In this document: positions 31,856 to 40,635 of the stretch, piece by piece | How the letters are laid out: each line of letters starts with the position of its first letter | How positions within the stretch are numbered: the stretch's first letter is position 1 | Source of the DNA: Klebsiella phage vB_KaeM_KaOmega | Length of the DNA: 64,000 nt | Sequence record: MN013077.1 | Reading direction: 5' to 3' (one strand) | Notes under the pieces: generated by a model | Databases searched by the model: none | What the model was told of the DNA's origin: nothing | Seen by the model: the letters and a program-made list of their open reading frames with translations, nothing else | Position numbers and translations under genes: made by a program

Positions 31856-32049
31856 TCTCCCAGACGCCGCATGAAGCTGGCTACGTCATCTTCGTTCGCC
31901 GGGCGGATAATGACCACGAGATGACCACGATACTTCCGGGCCACGAACTCTGCCTGACCCCAGTTGTACGTCATGGCACGGATGTTCCCGTTGATGTCCT
32001 CGATAACGTGAGGGACGTTCAGTGTTTCTTCAGTTGGTGTATAACTCAT
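31849..32049 (-). CDS. hypothetical protein
   Basis: 66 aa. Confidence 0.4.
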   Translation of the reverse strand: MSYTPTEETLNVPHVIEDINGNIRAMTYNWGQAEFVARKYRGHLVVIIRPANEDDVASFMRRLGDC

Positions 32050-32258
32050 TGTTTATCCTCCAATTCCGCCAATCGGGCGGTGTCTCGTGCGATACGTTCT
32101 TTGAGCAGGGCAATCTCCCGATCGCGGTGCTCTTCGTCTGTTGCCAGGGGGTACTCCACAACCAGTCCGGTAGACAGGATCTTCAGTTCGGTACGGTGCC
32201 CGTTGGCATAGTGAATGATACGGGTCCCGGCCTTGTACATCTTCTCCAAATCCTTCAT
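32046..32258 (-). CDS. hypothetical protein
   Basis: ATG at 32258 (MKDLEKMYKAG...) after GGAGGG; track ORF 32046..32369 over-extended. Confidence 0.45.
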   Translation of the reverse strand: MKDLEKMYKAGTRIIHYANGHRTELKILSTGLVVEYPLATDEEHRDREIALLKERIARDTARLAELEDKQ

Positions 32259-32392
32259 AGTCCCTCCACAATCGTGCAGTACCCGGCGAAGGCGAAGATC
32301 GCCGCCAGTAGGCCCCAAGACAGCCATGCGTACCACGCAGGCCATAGTAGATAGTCGCAGTTCTCCCATGCGGCGTTAGGGTTGTCATTCAT
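32255..32392 (-). CDS. putative 45-aa membrane peptide
   Basis: GAGGAAG SD; MNDNPNAAWENCDYLLWPAWYAWLSWGLLAAIFAFAGYCTIVEGL; ATGA coupling on both sides. Confidence 0.35.
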   Translation of the reverse strand: MNDNPNAAWENCDYLLWPAWYAWLSWGLLAAIFAFAGYCTIVEGL

Positions 32393-32568
32393 ACCAGCTT
32401 CCTCTTCTTCGCCTGATCCTGGAGGGTTTCAAACAGGTACATGACCTTCTCATCACGCTCCCAAGCCTCGCCCCGGCGAGCGCTGAGATGGTTCAAGGTC
32501 TCCATCAGGTGTGCGTCGCCCATGCGATCTACGCGACCTGAGATACCCTTCTTATAGTCTTCTGTCAT
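32389..32568 (-). CDS. putative 59-aa protein
   Basis: MTEDYKKGISGRVDRMGDAH...; ATGA overlaps with both neighbours. Confidence 0.35.
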   Translation of the reverse strand: MTEDYKKGISGRVDRMGDAHLMETLNHLSARRGEAWERDEKVMYLFETLQDQAKKRKLV

Positions 32569-32780
32569 TCCACGAGTCCCCTTTTCCCAGCTTCACGCAG
32601 AAGCTCTGCCAGTACCCCCTCCGGCTTACCGTCGGAGTCTTTCCGTTGCCAAGTAACGCTCACCTTGGCAAGCTGAACGTACAGGCTAAGTTTTTCGTCA
32701 GACAGGGCCTTGATTCTGACCTTTAGTAGTTCCAGTTCTTCCTCTGTCACAATCTTCTCCTCTTCAGTTGATATGCCCAA
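32565..32780 (-). CDS. hypothetical coiled-coil protein
   Basis: 71 aa. Confidence 0.45.
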   Translation of the reverse strand: MGISTEEEKIVTEEELELLKVRIKALSDEKLSLYVQLAKVSVTWQRKDSDGKPEGVLAELLREAGKRGLVE

Positions 32781-32852
32781 TATACACCCATATGTTTACG
32801 CTGTAAACATGTTTCGAAGTATTTGTCGAAAAAAGTGTATTTCTTAAACATG

Positions 32853-32876
32853 AAAACCGCCCGGAAGGGGCGGTTG
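32853..32876. terminator. bidirectional rho-independent terminator
   Basis: AAAA-CCGCCC-ggaa-GGGCGG-TTGCGGTTTATTT; immediately downstream of the stop of minus gene 32881..33084. Confidence 0.65.
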
Positions 32877-32880
32877 CGGT

Positions 32881-33084
32881 TTATTTGCGGAAGATTTCCA
32901 CCTGTACCGGGTCGTATGCCCCTTCAGGATTGAACGGGTGTCTCCAGCACGAGAACAGGTTTTGGTCATCCTTGCTGTCCTTGATGCGTTTCCGAACCTC
33001 TTTGAGACTGGTGAAGTACCCGATGTGGACGATGTAGTCTTCTTCCAGGATAAGATACTCAAGCTCATACAGATATGCTTTCAT
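32881..33084 (-). CDS. hypothetical protein
   Basis: 67 aa. Confidence 0.45.
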   Translation of the reverse strand: MKAYLYELEYLILEEDYIVHIGYFTSLKEVRKRIKDSKDDQNLFSCWRHPFNPEGAYDPVQVEIFRK

Positions 33085-33085
33085 G

Positions 33086-33577
33086 TCATTCTCCGTATTT
33101 TGCTTTCAGGCGGGCCAACTGGGCGCGTTCCTCGATCTCCCGACGTTCAGCCGCCTGCTGTTCTGCCTTTTCTGCACGGAGGCGCTGTGCCTCCCGATGG
33201 TCCACCAAACGAGCATCGTACTTGCGCTTGGCGATGATCTCTGCATCCTCCAGCATCAACTGCCGCTCGGCAGAATATTTCTCATAATCTTCGTCAGAGA
33301 TTTCATCAACCGCATAAGAAGATCCGAAGTAGCCGTTAATTCCCAGAGTGATGTCCGCCCCGGCGGTAAACTCGTAGTCCTTGTTCAGGCTACGATCCTG
33401 GGCCACAGTGTCCAGATAGATGGCATGAGCCAGTAACTCAATTGCCTGTTCCCGAGACTGAGTTGACTGAAGGGTCATATCGCTGTCAGTGCGACCTTCG
33501 CAGTAGCCTCCACGGTAAACGGCATCATTCTCACGATAAGAAATAATTGTGTACATTAGAACCCCTGTTTTGTCCAA
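33086..33577 (-). CDS. hypothetical protein with Glu/Arg-rich C-terminal coiled coil
   Basis: 163-aa track ORF; likely start at MYTIISYREN. Confidence 0.5.
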   Translation of the reverse strand: MDKTGVLMYTIISYRENDAVYRGGYCEGRTDSDMTLQSTQSREQAIELLAHAIYLDTVAQDRSLNKDYEFTAGADITLGINGYFGSSYAVDEISDEDYEKYSAERQLMLEDAEIIAKRKYDARLVDHREAQRLRAEKAEQQAAERREIEERAQLARLKAKYGE

Positions 33578-33804
33578 GGCAGTATCATATGGAACTGCCT
33601 GATTGTAAATTCTACGCCGGGGTTAGCCTTAGCCAAGGCCCCGAGGTTATGTGCTGCCACGTGCATGGAGGTGTAGACACAAAACTGCCCATCGATCTGG
33701 ACAACTGCATCATGACCTTTTCGAGTTATGGCAAAAGATTCATGGTAACCGCCCATCGGCAACCTCCACATAATCGGCATCAGGGGCGGCAAGCACATCT
33801 GCAA
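33556..33804 (-). CDS. hypothetical protein (start uncertain)
   Basis: 82-aa ORF overlapping its upstream neighbour by 65 nt. Confidence 0.3.
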   Translation of the reverse strand: MQMCLPPLMPIMWRLPMGGYHESFAITRKGHDAVVQIDGQFCVYTSMHVAAHNLGALAKANPGVEFTIRQFHMILPWTKQGF

Positions 33805-34024
33805 GTTCTTGATTTCTCAGGTCAAGCTCTCTCTGACACTCATCGCCCCAGCGGCGAACATAACTTTTCCCACGGACTGCCGCAGGCTCAGGGTTACGAC
33901 GCAGGTAACCTTTCACAAAGTCAACCTCTTCTTTCAGTCGCTCATCGGTGAGCGCCTTAACGTCCTTACGGATACCGAAACCTGCCATATCACCCTCCGC
34001 AGTATTTGTTGACTGGTTCACCAT
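33740..34024 (-). CDS. hypothetical protein
   Basis: 94-aa track ORF. Confidence 0.4.
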   Translation of the reverse strand: MVNQSTNTAEGDMAGFGIRKDVKALTDERLKEEVDFVKGYLRRNPEPAAVRGKSYVRRWGDECQRELDLRNQELADVLAAPDADYVEVADGRLP

Positions 34025-34265
34025 TGATGTCTAAATCGGTGATTACGTGTTGAGGGCCAGTATAGTCCTCCGCCAGTTTCTTTGCAACCCTTTTCGCTTC
34101 GTCCAAGGTTTCAAAATCCTTGATGTCGGGGTCGCCGTGGGAGTAATGCTGCTGGACATACTGCCAGAAGGGCCACCAGAAGCCTCTGTTATACTTCACC
34201 CGGTAATACTCGACCACCCGCCCGTTGGCGAAGGTCTTTACGTTCTTCTCAATCAGAATTTTCAT
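33990..34265 (-). CDS. hypothetical protein
   Basis: 91 aa. Confidence 0.5.
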   Translation of the reverse strand: MKILIEKNVKTFANGRVVEYYRVKYNRGFWWPFWQYVQQHYSHGDPDIKDFETLDEAKRVAKKLAEDYTGPQHVITDLDINGEPVNKYCGG

Positions 34266-34268
34266 TTG

Positions 34269-34586
34269 TCACCACGATATTTTCACGTTATGCCCCAGAT
34301 TTCCTACTTGGACGTCATAACCCGCATCGAAAAACCTCTTCGACACGTACCTCATTTCTTCCAAACTCTCCGCAGAGTGCATGATCGATCTTTTGGCGTC
34401 CCGATCTCCACACTTGGCGTTCTCAACGAGAGAATTTATCATAATGACCGTCCCGAAAATCTTCTCCTCCCACTTGGAGGGTACGCCCGTAGGATACTTT
34501 TTCCGGATATCCTTTGCAGGAGGTATGTTAACTTGAATGTTATCCGGGTTCAATCCCTCGTCCTTTGCTGTTTTCCACCACGCCAT
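34269..34586 (-). CDS. hypothetical protein
   Basis: 105 aa; SD GGAGGAAAAA before ATG. Confidence 0.5.
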   Translation of the reverse strand: MAWWKTAKDEGLNPDNIQVNIPPAKDIRKKYPTGVPSKWEEKIFGTVIMINSLVENAKCGDRDAKRSIMHSAESLEEMRYVSKRFFDAGYDVQVGNLGHNVKISW

Positions 34587-34599
34587 TTTTTCCTCCGAG

Positions 34600-34676
34600 T
34601 GCCATTATTTTGAAGTTTTCTGTAGAAAAGTGCCAGAATTTTGACTTTTACGTGCAAAAATGGCACCTTTTTACAT
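34600..34676. repeat. three copies of GTGCCA-N-AATTTT (two plus, one minus)
   Basis: AGTGCCATTATTTT, AGTGCCAGAATTTT, and (rc) GGTGCCATTTTTGC in the intergenic region upstream of 34269..34586. Confidence 0.35.
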
Positions 34677-34710
34677 GATTTGTGCAGGATACCTGAAAAT
34701 AAGCCCAAAA

Positions 34711-34938
34711 TCAACGATTTTTGATAAATTGATAGCCCGGAACCTTCAAAAAGGCAATTTGCTTTTCCACCTGCTCCATGACGAACTTTGCCCACTCCGG
34801 ATAGACTGTTTCGAAGAAAGCCATCTCTTCCTTGTCGTACAGGAAGCTGTCACTCAGTTGGTGGACAAAATCTATCACCTCTTCAGGGCAAAATATTGCC
34901 ACAGTCCCCTCTTTTACCTCCAATTCAAGTATTTTCAT
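34711..34938 (-). CDS. hypothetical protein
   Basis: 75 aa. Confidence 0.45.
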   Translation of the reverse strand: MKILELEVKEGTVAIFCPEEVIDFVHQLSDSFLYDKEEMAFFETVYPEWAKFVMEQVEKQIAFLKVPGYQFIKNR

Positions 34939-35216
34939 ACGGCTACGAATCCATCCTCGTTCATGAGTACGTGGTTCGGTGCCCAGAAATTGTGCCGGGA
35001 CTCAAGCCACAGGTAGAATCGACGCTTGCGGGACAACGGGTGTGGCTCTGTCTCGTAGGAAACGAGGGCCGTTCGGCCCTTATTCTTCCCACGCAGGATA
35101 CGCACACGCTGATCCTTTTTCCACTGGCACGGCACCCGTGGAGAGTCGTAGCATTTAGGCAGACATTCCATGATATGGCCCCTTTCCGCAGAACCTTTCC
35201 CAGAGCGCAGAGTCAA
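34935..35216 (-). CDS. hypothetical protein
   Basis: 93-aa track ORF; start may be internal. Confidence 0.4.
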   Translation of the reverse strand: MTLRSGKGSAERGHIMECLPKCYDSPRVPCQWKKDQRVRILRGKNKGRTALVSYETEPHPLSRKRRFYLWLESRHNFWAPNHVLMNEDGFVAV

Positions 35217-35703
35217 TACCGTGTAGCCCCGGCAGCAGTTCTGTGAGTTGTGGTGTTATGCCGGGATACAGAAACTCCAGCATCTCCAGTTCTTCGTTCT
35301 GAATGTCTCGACAATCCAAGAAGAACTCTGTCATCTTTATCGGCGGTTGCCACACCTTTCCGATCCTGCGTTTCAGGAACACATCCCCGCCGGGCATAGC
35401 CATCCAGGCTATCCTGTCCAGCTTCCCCGTTGTGGAAATACTGAAATGTGTTGGCACCGATGTGACTGTACCACCCAAGTATGGGCCGATATCGAAACGG
35501 AACTTAATGGCGGGTTTGCCGACGTTCTGCACGACACGGTTATCCTTGCGGTAGCCTCCGTTTCCTGTGAAGATCAAGTTCCCGACGTATTTACGCCGGG
35601 TCAGATCGCGCCATGTCCACTCCTTGAACAGCTTGTGCAGAGTGGTTTTAGTCATCCGTGGAATCATTACTTTCCTCCGGTAGGATCTCAAATTTGGCAA
35701 CAC
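35155..35703 (-). CDS. hypothetical protein, distant member of the EL-x-FE-x-Y C-terminal-module paralog family
   Basis: 182-aa track ORF (probable start MIPRMTKTT or MTKTT). C-terminus TEFFLDCRDIQNEELEMLEFLYPG matches the family motif. Confidence 0.5.
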   Translation of the reverse strand: MLPNLRSYRRKVMIPRMTKTTLHKLFKEWTWRDLTRRKYVGNLIFTGNGGYRKDNRVVQNVGKPAIKFRFDIGPYLGGTVTSVPTHFSISTTGKLDRIAWMAMPGGDVFLKRRIGKVWQPPIKMTEFFLDCRDIQNEELEMLEFLYPGITPQLTELLPGLHGIDSALWERFCGKGPYHGMSA

Positions 35704-35878
35704 CCAGCACCACTACGTGGCCCAAAGACAGGACTCCTGTCCAAGGTGTACCGTTACGTTTGGGTCGGGTCCCTTCAACGTCACAGAAGCCGTTTTTAAG
35801 CTCCGTGGATGTGAAAATCTGACCCTTTGGAAACACCTTGTTGAAATCCGTAATTACGTTCGTACATCTCAGCTTCAC
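35648..35878 (-). CDS. hypothetical protein
   Basis: 76-aa ORF; overlaps its downstream neighbour by 83 nt. Confidence 0.3.
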   Translation of the reverse strand: MKLRCTNVITDFNKVFPKGQIFTSTELKNGFCDVEGTRPKRNGTPWTGVLSLGHVVVLGVAKFEILPEESNDSTDD

Positions 35879-36128
35879 GATTCATCTCCTCGTACTCAAT
35901 AGCCACGGCTTTCTGCCACTCTTTCACGTGCGGGCTAATAGCATCTACCACGAGGCAGGCCCGCTGCCGAAGGGTTTCAGAGAAGCGCCCGGAGTTCTGG
36001 GTTTCCTGCGTGATCGCTGACACCTCAATATCCAAATCTTTGCCGACAAACCCCTTACGGTACATGTCGTGGGCCTCCACGGCAATGGCTTCCCACAGGT
36101 GCCAGTGCATATCTTCTACTTGCATCAA
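35796..36128 (-). CDS. hypothetical protein
   Basis: 110 aa. Confidence 0.45.
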   Translation of the reverse strand: MMQVEDMHWHLWEAIAVEAHDMYRKGFVGKDLDIEVSAITQETQNSGRFSETLRQRACLVVDAISPHVKEWQKAVAIEYEEMNREAEMYERNYGFQQGVSKGSDFHIHGA

Positions 36129-36391
36129 TAAACCCTCCTTCCGGTTTCCAAAGACATTTCAATCGCCTCGATATCATGAGACGCCGCTGTGATATTTGCC
36201 GAATGTTCAACACGTTGCCAAGGTGTGTACTCATCCGTGTAAACGTCAGTTCTGTTCAGCTTGTCCAGCCAATCCTTCAGGAGCGAAAGCTCCACCTTCA
36301 ATTGTTGCCGCTCATAACTATCAAGCACCTTCCCCGCAGGGATATTACTGTTCGACATAACCCTCCCGTATCCCCTCCAGAGGATAATCAA
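36125..36391 (-). CDS. hypothetical protein
   Basis: 88-aa track ORF; alternative start MSNSNIPAG at 36358. Confidence 0.45.
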   Translation of the reverse strand: MIILWRGYGRVMSNSNIPAGKVLDSYERQQLKVELSLLKDWLDKLNRTDVYTDEYTPWQRVEHSANITAASHDIEAIEMSLETGRRVY

Positions 36392-36458
36392 TTACTTATC
36401 CCGTAAAAGGGATAACCGACATGACTAGTATACACGACTGAATCTGGATTGCAAGCAA

Positions 36459-36480
36459 TAAAAAACCGCCCGAAGGCGGT
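36459..36480 (-). terminator. rho-independent terminator
   Basis: Plus strand AAAAAA-CCGCC-cgaa-GGCGG-TTT, directly downstream of the stop of 36481..37668. Confidence 0.7.
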
Positions 36481-37668
36481 TTAAAGAAGGGAGGAAGTGT
36501 CCAGCAGAGTCCAGTCTCTAACGATGCCGCTCTCAATCCCCGGCAAGAGTCCGTTTGTGGCGTTCCCTGCACCGTAGAGGTTGCCGTTTTCCAAATAATA
36601 GCTCTGGTAAACGTTAGCTCTCGACATATACCAATTTCTGGACGGGTTCATGGTCGCCGATGGCATTTCTACAAAGGTCCCCTTGTAAGCGCCGTTTGTC
36701 CAAGTTGGGTCTCCGGAACTACCTACAGCATTCGATGGCGGGTTGTTCCCTGTACACCACCACTTACCATCGGCATTTAGGAACTTAGCCATGTAAGATC
36801 CAACAGCGAAAGTGGAGTCCTCTATCGAGATATTTGGGGCTGCAACAATCGCCGGGGTCGGATAGTTTGCGTTTGCCCCTATCCCCCTCCCGATGGAACC
36901 GGACGATTGGAAACCGTTTGACCAAATTTGGTGGTAATTCGGCATCGTCGCGTGCGCTCTCAATGTGAACAACGCCTGGTTTCCGCCAACAATTTTCTTG
37001 TTAAGGTTGTTCGTCAAAGAGGGTATAAAGGTCAGAGCCGTGTTGGCATTTGTTGATCCACCAAGCTGACCACCCGCACCGAATCCCCATCCACCAACCC
37101 TACCGTCACTCAACAAGACCCATGTTGTGTCTGAAACATCGAATGGAAACGCAACCTGGAGTATTTCAACGCCAACTGTTGGAGATCCCACATTTACCCA
37201 TGCGTTTTTCTGACTCAATGTGTTTCCTGAGCCACAAGCCCCGTACTGATTTGTCCCTCTCAGCTTCAGTAGTGTGCCACCATTATGCAGGAGAGCAAAC
37301 GTGAAGTTAGAAATTTGCCAGTCTTTAAGTCCGGCAGCAGAAATATCAATCTGGCTAGTGATATCTGTTGCTGTGATAAGTTGTGCGGCAAGAGATCCAA
37401 AGTAATTGTTTACTCCGACCATCTTCCACCGTTCAGTATTAGTCCTCCAGACAACCGTCCTGTAGGCGCATCTGAACTCTTTCACATCGGACCCAAGAAG
37501 GGTCCAAGTAGTGACCGCAGCACCAGTTCCGCTCGTATAGGCATCTGTTATTACGTATAAGTTACCGGATGATGTTAGCGCGGCAATTCCGTTGCCGATC
37601 ATCCCCATTTCTACAATCTTCCCGGCGGGAGGTGGGACTTTACCTCCGGACATCATCAATTCAAGCAT
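36481..37668 (-). CDS. RCC1-repeat (beta-propeller) protein
   Basis: 395 aa; CAGGAGGA SD. Repeated motifs GTNQYGACGSGNT, GGWGFGAGGQLGGST and WKMVGVNNYFGSLAAQ match the RCC1/ATS1 blade signature (G.N..GQLG). Confidence 0.5.
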   Translation of the reverse strand: MLELMMSGGKVPPPAGKIVEMGMIGNGIAALTSSGNLYVITDAYTSGTGAAVTTWTLLGSDVKEFRCAYRTVVWRTNTERWKMVGVNNYFGSLAAQLITATDITSQIDISAAGLKDWQISNFTFALLHNGGTLLKLRGTNQYGACGSGNTLSQKNAWVNVGSPTVGVEILQVAFPFDVSDTTWVLLSDGRVGGWGFGAGGQLGGSTNANTALTFIPSLTNNLNKKIVGGNQALFTLRAHATMPNYHQIWSNGFQSSGSIGRGIGANANYPTPAIVAAPNISIEDSTFAVGSYMAKFLNADGKWWCTGNNPPSNAVGSSGDPTWTNGAYKGTFVEMPSATMNPSRNWYMSRANVYQSYYLENGNLYGAGNATNGLLPGIESGIVRDWTLLDTSSLL

Positions 37669-37832
37669 AAATCCTCCTGTGAAAAGGTAATTTTATCACA
37701 CATCCCTGTGAAATTCACCTTACAGGGGTGCGATATCCGCTCCCGGGACTTCCTGAACTACCGGGCGTCCGCCGATATTGACTTCAACGTACCAGTTCTC
37801 TGTATCAACAACCGGAGAAAGAGTCTTCCCGG

Positions 37833-38342
37833 TCAGACCTTCAAATGGGCCGGAGATGAATCGGATTTGTTGATATTCACTAAGTGGCATTTATCTTCCT
37901 CGTTAATAAACAAAGACATATCTGTCTTAAAGTCGTATTCTCTACGCCAAAAGACAGCCATAGTTTCGATGATTTGCGTCCCGTACATCGTACTGATGAA
38001 CGAAATATCACCGTAGGTTAATTCCTTGCCGACAGGCAAGGCATCATAGAAGTGCCTCGGGACCGGAGACCAGAACTCAATACCCTTCCAGAAGAACTGG
38101 GCCTTTCGGTGCGTTCGCTCGTCGAAGGCATATTTATCCCAAGCATCCCTCCCAGCCATCCCGTCTCGTCCAGTCATGCCCATAGGACCAGTCGGGCCGG
38201 GGTTCTTCTGGGTTGCCCGATAGGCCGACATGTCAGAGATCTCTTCGATGCATCTATACACATCACCAAGGGAGCACTCAACCCCCCGATCTTCAAGAAC
38301 CTTATGGAGGGCCTCAAGGATATTTGGTCTCTCAACTGCCAA
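37833..38342 (-). CDS. hypothetical protein with short collagen-like G-x-y tract
   Basis: 169 aa; NPGPTGPMGMTGRDGMAGRD. Confidence 0.5.
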   Translation of the reverse strand: MAVERPNILEALHKVLEDRGVECSLGDVYRCIEEISDMSAYRATQKNPGPTGPMGMTGRDGMAGRDAWDKYAFDERTHRKAQFFWKGIEFWSPVPRHFYDALPVGKELTYGDISFISTMYGTQIIETMAVFWRREYDFKTDMSLFINEEDKCHLVNINKSDSSPAHLKV

Positions 38343-38354
38343 GGGATACCTCCA

Positions 38355-38741
38355 TCATTTGATGCCCTTAACACCATCGAGGCGGTCGATCTCCTCGCGG
38401 ATCGCATCGGCGTAGTCCTTGTCAACAGTGACTACGATCACCTCAGTGGTTTGGGTCTTCTTCCATCGGCGGAAGAACGTTACCAAGGACAGGTCATGGC
38501 GGCTTGACGGGAAGTCGTCATCGGTCTTGTACACATAACCAGACTCAACCTTCACCTCTGCATCATCTGCCGGGTCATCGTAGTCTTCTTGCTCAACGCC
38601 GTCGAACGTGATCAGGACATCATCGTGATAATGACCTTTCCAGTATTCTTCGTCGTTATAAAACTGCTTCCAGAGGGCACCTTGTACTTTCATTTGAGTT
38701 CTCCGATAAAGTTTGCGACGGGAATGCCCGTCAGGATTCAC
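38355..38741 (-). CDS. hypothetical acidic protein
   Basis: 128-aa track ORF; probable start MKVQGALW. Confidence 0.45.
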   Translation of the reverse strand: MNPDGHSRRKLYRRTQMKVQGALWKQFYNDEEYWKGHYHDDVLITFDGVEQEDYDDPADDAEVKVESGYVYKTDDDFPSSRHDLSLVTFFRRWKKTQTTEVIVVTVDKDYADAIREEIDRLDGVKGIK

Positions 38742-38828
38742 CAGTGCGATTCTGAGAGATTTTCTGGGAGAAGATGATAAATCACCTTGCCTCGGTGCAA
38801 AACCTCTTAGAATGCGTTACAGAGCGTT

Positions 38829-39035
38829 TTACGGAACCTGTGTGCAACTGGCATTGGGACTGCCTTGCATCAATCGGCAGATCATTGTCTTTTCAGATGT
38901 CTTCGTGACGATGTAATCCGGACAGGCAATGATCGTTGCACCACCACCGTGGTCATGTATGGTACACTTATTCAGGTCTTCTTCCGCATTGACCCCGAAG
39001 GCCAGAACTGCCAACAAAATAATCAACTTTTTCAT
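38829..39035 (-). CDS. secreted small Cys-containing protein
   Basis: Signal peptide MKKLIILLAVLAFGVNA|EEDL; 4 Cys in the mature part. Confidence 0.5.
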   Translation of the reverse strand: MKKLIILLAVLAFGVNAEEDLNKCTIHDHGGGATIIACPDYIVTKTSEKTMICRLMQGSPNASCTQVP

Positions 39036-39084
39036 AGCTTTTTACCCAACATGCATCCGATCCAAAAACAACACCCGATCCAAA

Positions 39085-39387
39085 CTACTGAGAAGATTGC
39101 TGCTGCGATGTACGGTCCAACCATTCATCATACTCCTTCTGCAAACCCTCAAGGGTTGAGTTCATGATGAGAGGATTGCCCTCCACCGGCTCAATAACAT
39201 ACAGGGCACCCGACACGTTGTCAACCTCTGACATCATCTTTTTGATGTCTTCTCGGTCAAAAACTTCCCGAGGCATCCCCGGAAAGGCTGTCAGAATCAT
39301 GCTCTTGCAGTTTCTGGCAAAGCCGCAGTTGGAGGGTTGCCCACCGACAACCGCCATGTATGCAACACTTCCGAAACGTGAACGCAT
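39085..39387 (-). CDS. hypothetical protein
   Basis: 100 aa. Confidence 0.45.
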   Translation of the reverse strand: MRSRFGSVAYMAVVGGQPSNCGFARNCKSMILTAFPGMPREVFDREDIKKMMSEVDNVSGALYVIEPVEGNPLIMNSTLEGLQKEYDEWLDRTSQQQSSQ

Positions 39388-39647
39388 CAGTTTAAACTCC
39401 CAAATGAGCCTTCTGCAACTACGGAAAGGCTTTTGTAGTCAACAACTTGGTAGTCGCCATAGGTGATCCCGGAGTTGTGGATCATTTCCTTAGCGCTATC
39501 CACAGACAGAGCCACACCCAAGAAGTCTTTCCATCCGCCAACGGCGTGGTGGTGACTGTTTGCGAATACCAGAAGCATCCGGCCCGGGGTGTATCCCGCT
39601 GCGGCAGTCAGTGCTTCAATTGTAGGTTCTTTGTTCATTTCCAGCAT
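39387..39647 (-). CDS. hypothetical protein
   Basis: 86 aa. Confidence 0.45.
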   Translation of the reverse strand: MLEMNKEPTIEALTAAAGYTPGRMLLVFANSHHHAVGGWKDFLGVALSVDSAKEMIHNSGITYGDYQVVDYKSLSVVAEGSFGSLN

Positions 39648-39649
39648 GG

Positions 39650-39949
39650 TTAATCCTCATCCCAATTGATTTTACTGGCCCGGTGGCAAATCATTAACCG
39701 GGTCGCCTCTGTTTGTTTACCCTGTCCGAGGAGTGTATTGTAATCCCGGCGGAACTGCAACTCTTTTATTGTGTCATCCAGCATCGGCTGGAGAACCTCC
39801 ATCAGCATCTCTGCCTTTTCCGGATGCAAGGTCTCAAAAAGATCCCACCCACCGTCGGTATCCTCCTCCTCATCACCGAAGAACTCTTCACGGAGTTCTG
39901 GAGACATCACATGAACGAGGAGATTAGAGTATCTGGTGTATTTCCCCAT
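39650..39949 (-). CDS. hypothetical acidic protein
   Basis: 99 aa. Confidence 0.45.
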   Translation of the reverse strand: MGKYTRYSNLLVHVMSPELREEFFGDEEEDTDGGWDLFETLHPEKAEMLMEVLQPMLDDTIKELQFRRDYNTLLGQGKQTEATRLMICHRASKINWDED

Positions 39950-40122
39950 CAGCTACGCACCTTGTGCAAGACGCCAATGATAAAAGCGCCAACAAGGCCA
40001 AAGAACAGGCCGTTAACTGCTGCCTGCGGCGTAGTCATTTGGCCCAAATACGCACCAAGCCCGCCAATCAAGGACACTACACCAATGATGAATGCTTTCT
40101 CTGCGGTGGATACCTTTTTCAT
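39949..40122 (-). CDS. putative 57-aa two-TM membrane protein
   Basis: CAGGAGA SD; MKKVSTAEKAFIIGVVSLIGGLGAYLGQMTTPQAAVNGLFFGLVGAFIIGVLHKVRS; ATGA overlap with the next gene. Coordinates +/-1. Confidence 0.4.
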   Translation of the reverse strand: MKKVSTAEKAFIIGVVSLIGGLGAYLGQMTTPQAAVNGLFFGLVGAFIIGVLHKVRS

Positions 40123-40176
40123 TTCTATCTCCTGTTTCGTTTGATAGGACCCATCATACAGGGTCCTGAGTGGATG

Positions 40177-40635
40177 TCAATCTTTTTCGAAAGCATTTAA
40201 TGCCTGAAGCTCTTTCCAGGCTGTCATCCATGCCTGCTTGACCCGGGAATACTCTTTAGGGTGTGCGACCTCCAACAGACGAAGCTCATCCCGGGTAATA
40301 TTCCGCTCATCCTCAAAGAACTCCATAGCCTCGTCAGGAAGGTAAGCCGTAAAGACGATCTCTTTGAACTTGAGCGTCCTGTTTCTCGACGTTGGTGGAT
40401 CGATTATCACCCTTTCGGTAGTGACTGCCGGGCCTGTGATAGTGTTGTTATTCATCTCCCTTATCAACCTTTCCCATTCCCGGGCCTTGATGTCAGAAGG
40501 TGTTGGAGTCCAAGGTTGATGAATATTCGGAGATGTGTACCCATCCCCAATTCTCCACGGTCCGCTAATCCCCGTTGTCTCGCTACCCATCAATGAAGAA
40601 TTGATGTGGTCCTTCAGGCTCTTATGTTCACTCAT
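40177..40635 (-). CDS. paralog-family protein (C-terminal EL-x-FE-x-Y module)
   Basis: 152 aa; FKEIVFTAYLPDEAMEFFEDERNITRDELRLLEVAHPKEY; N-terminus has GSETTGISGPWRIGDG. Confidence 0.5.
   Translation of the reverse strand: MSEHKSLKDHINSSLMGSETTGISGPWRIGDGYTSPNIHQPWTPTPSDIKAREWERLIREMNNNTITGPAVTTERVIIDPPTSRNRTLKFKEIVFTAYLPDEAMEFFEDERNITRDELRLLEVAHPKEYSRVKQAWMTAWKELQALNAFEKD

Noticed and set aside
34640-34665. Sigma54 promoter (TGGCAC-N5-TACA)
   Set aside because: -12 element lacks the conserved GC (TTGCA), and no enhancer-binding-protein gene is seen. Reported only as a GTGCCA repeat.
37700-37725. CRP-like site TGTGAAATTCACC
   Set aside because: Only the left half TGTGA matches, and the right half is not TCACA. 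It is a short palindrome GTGAA-A-TTCAC of unknown meaning.
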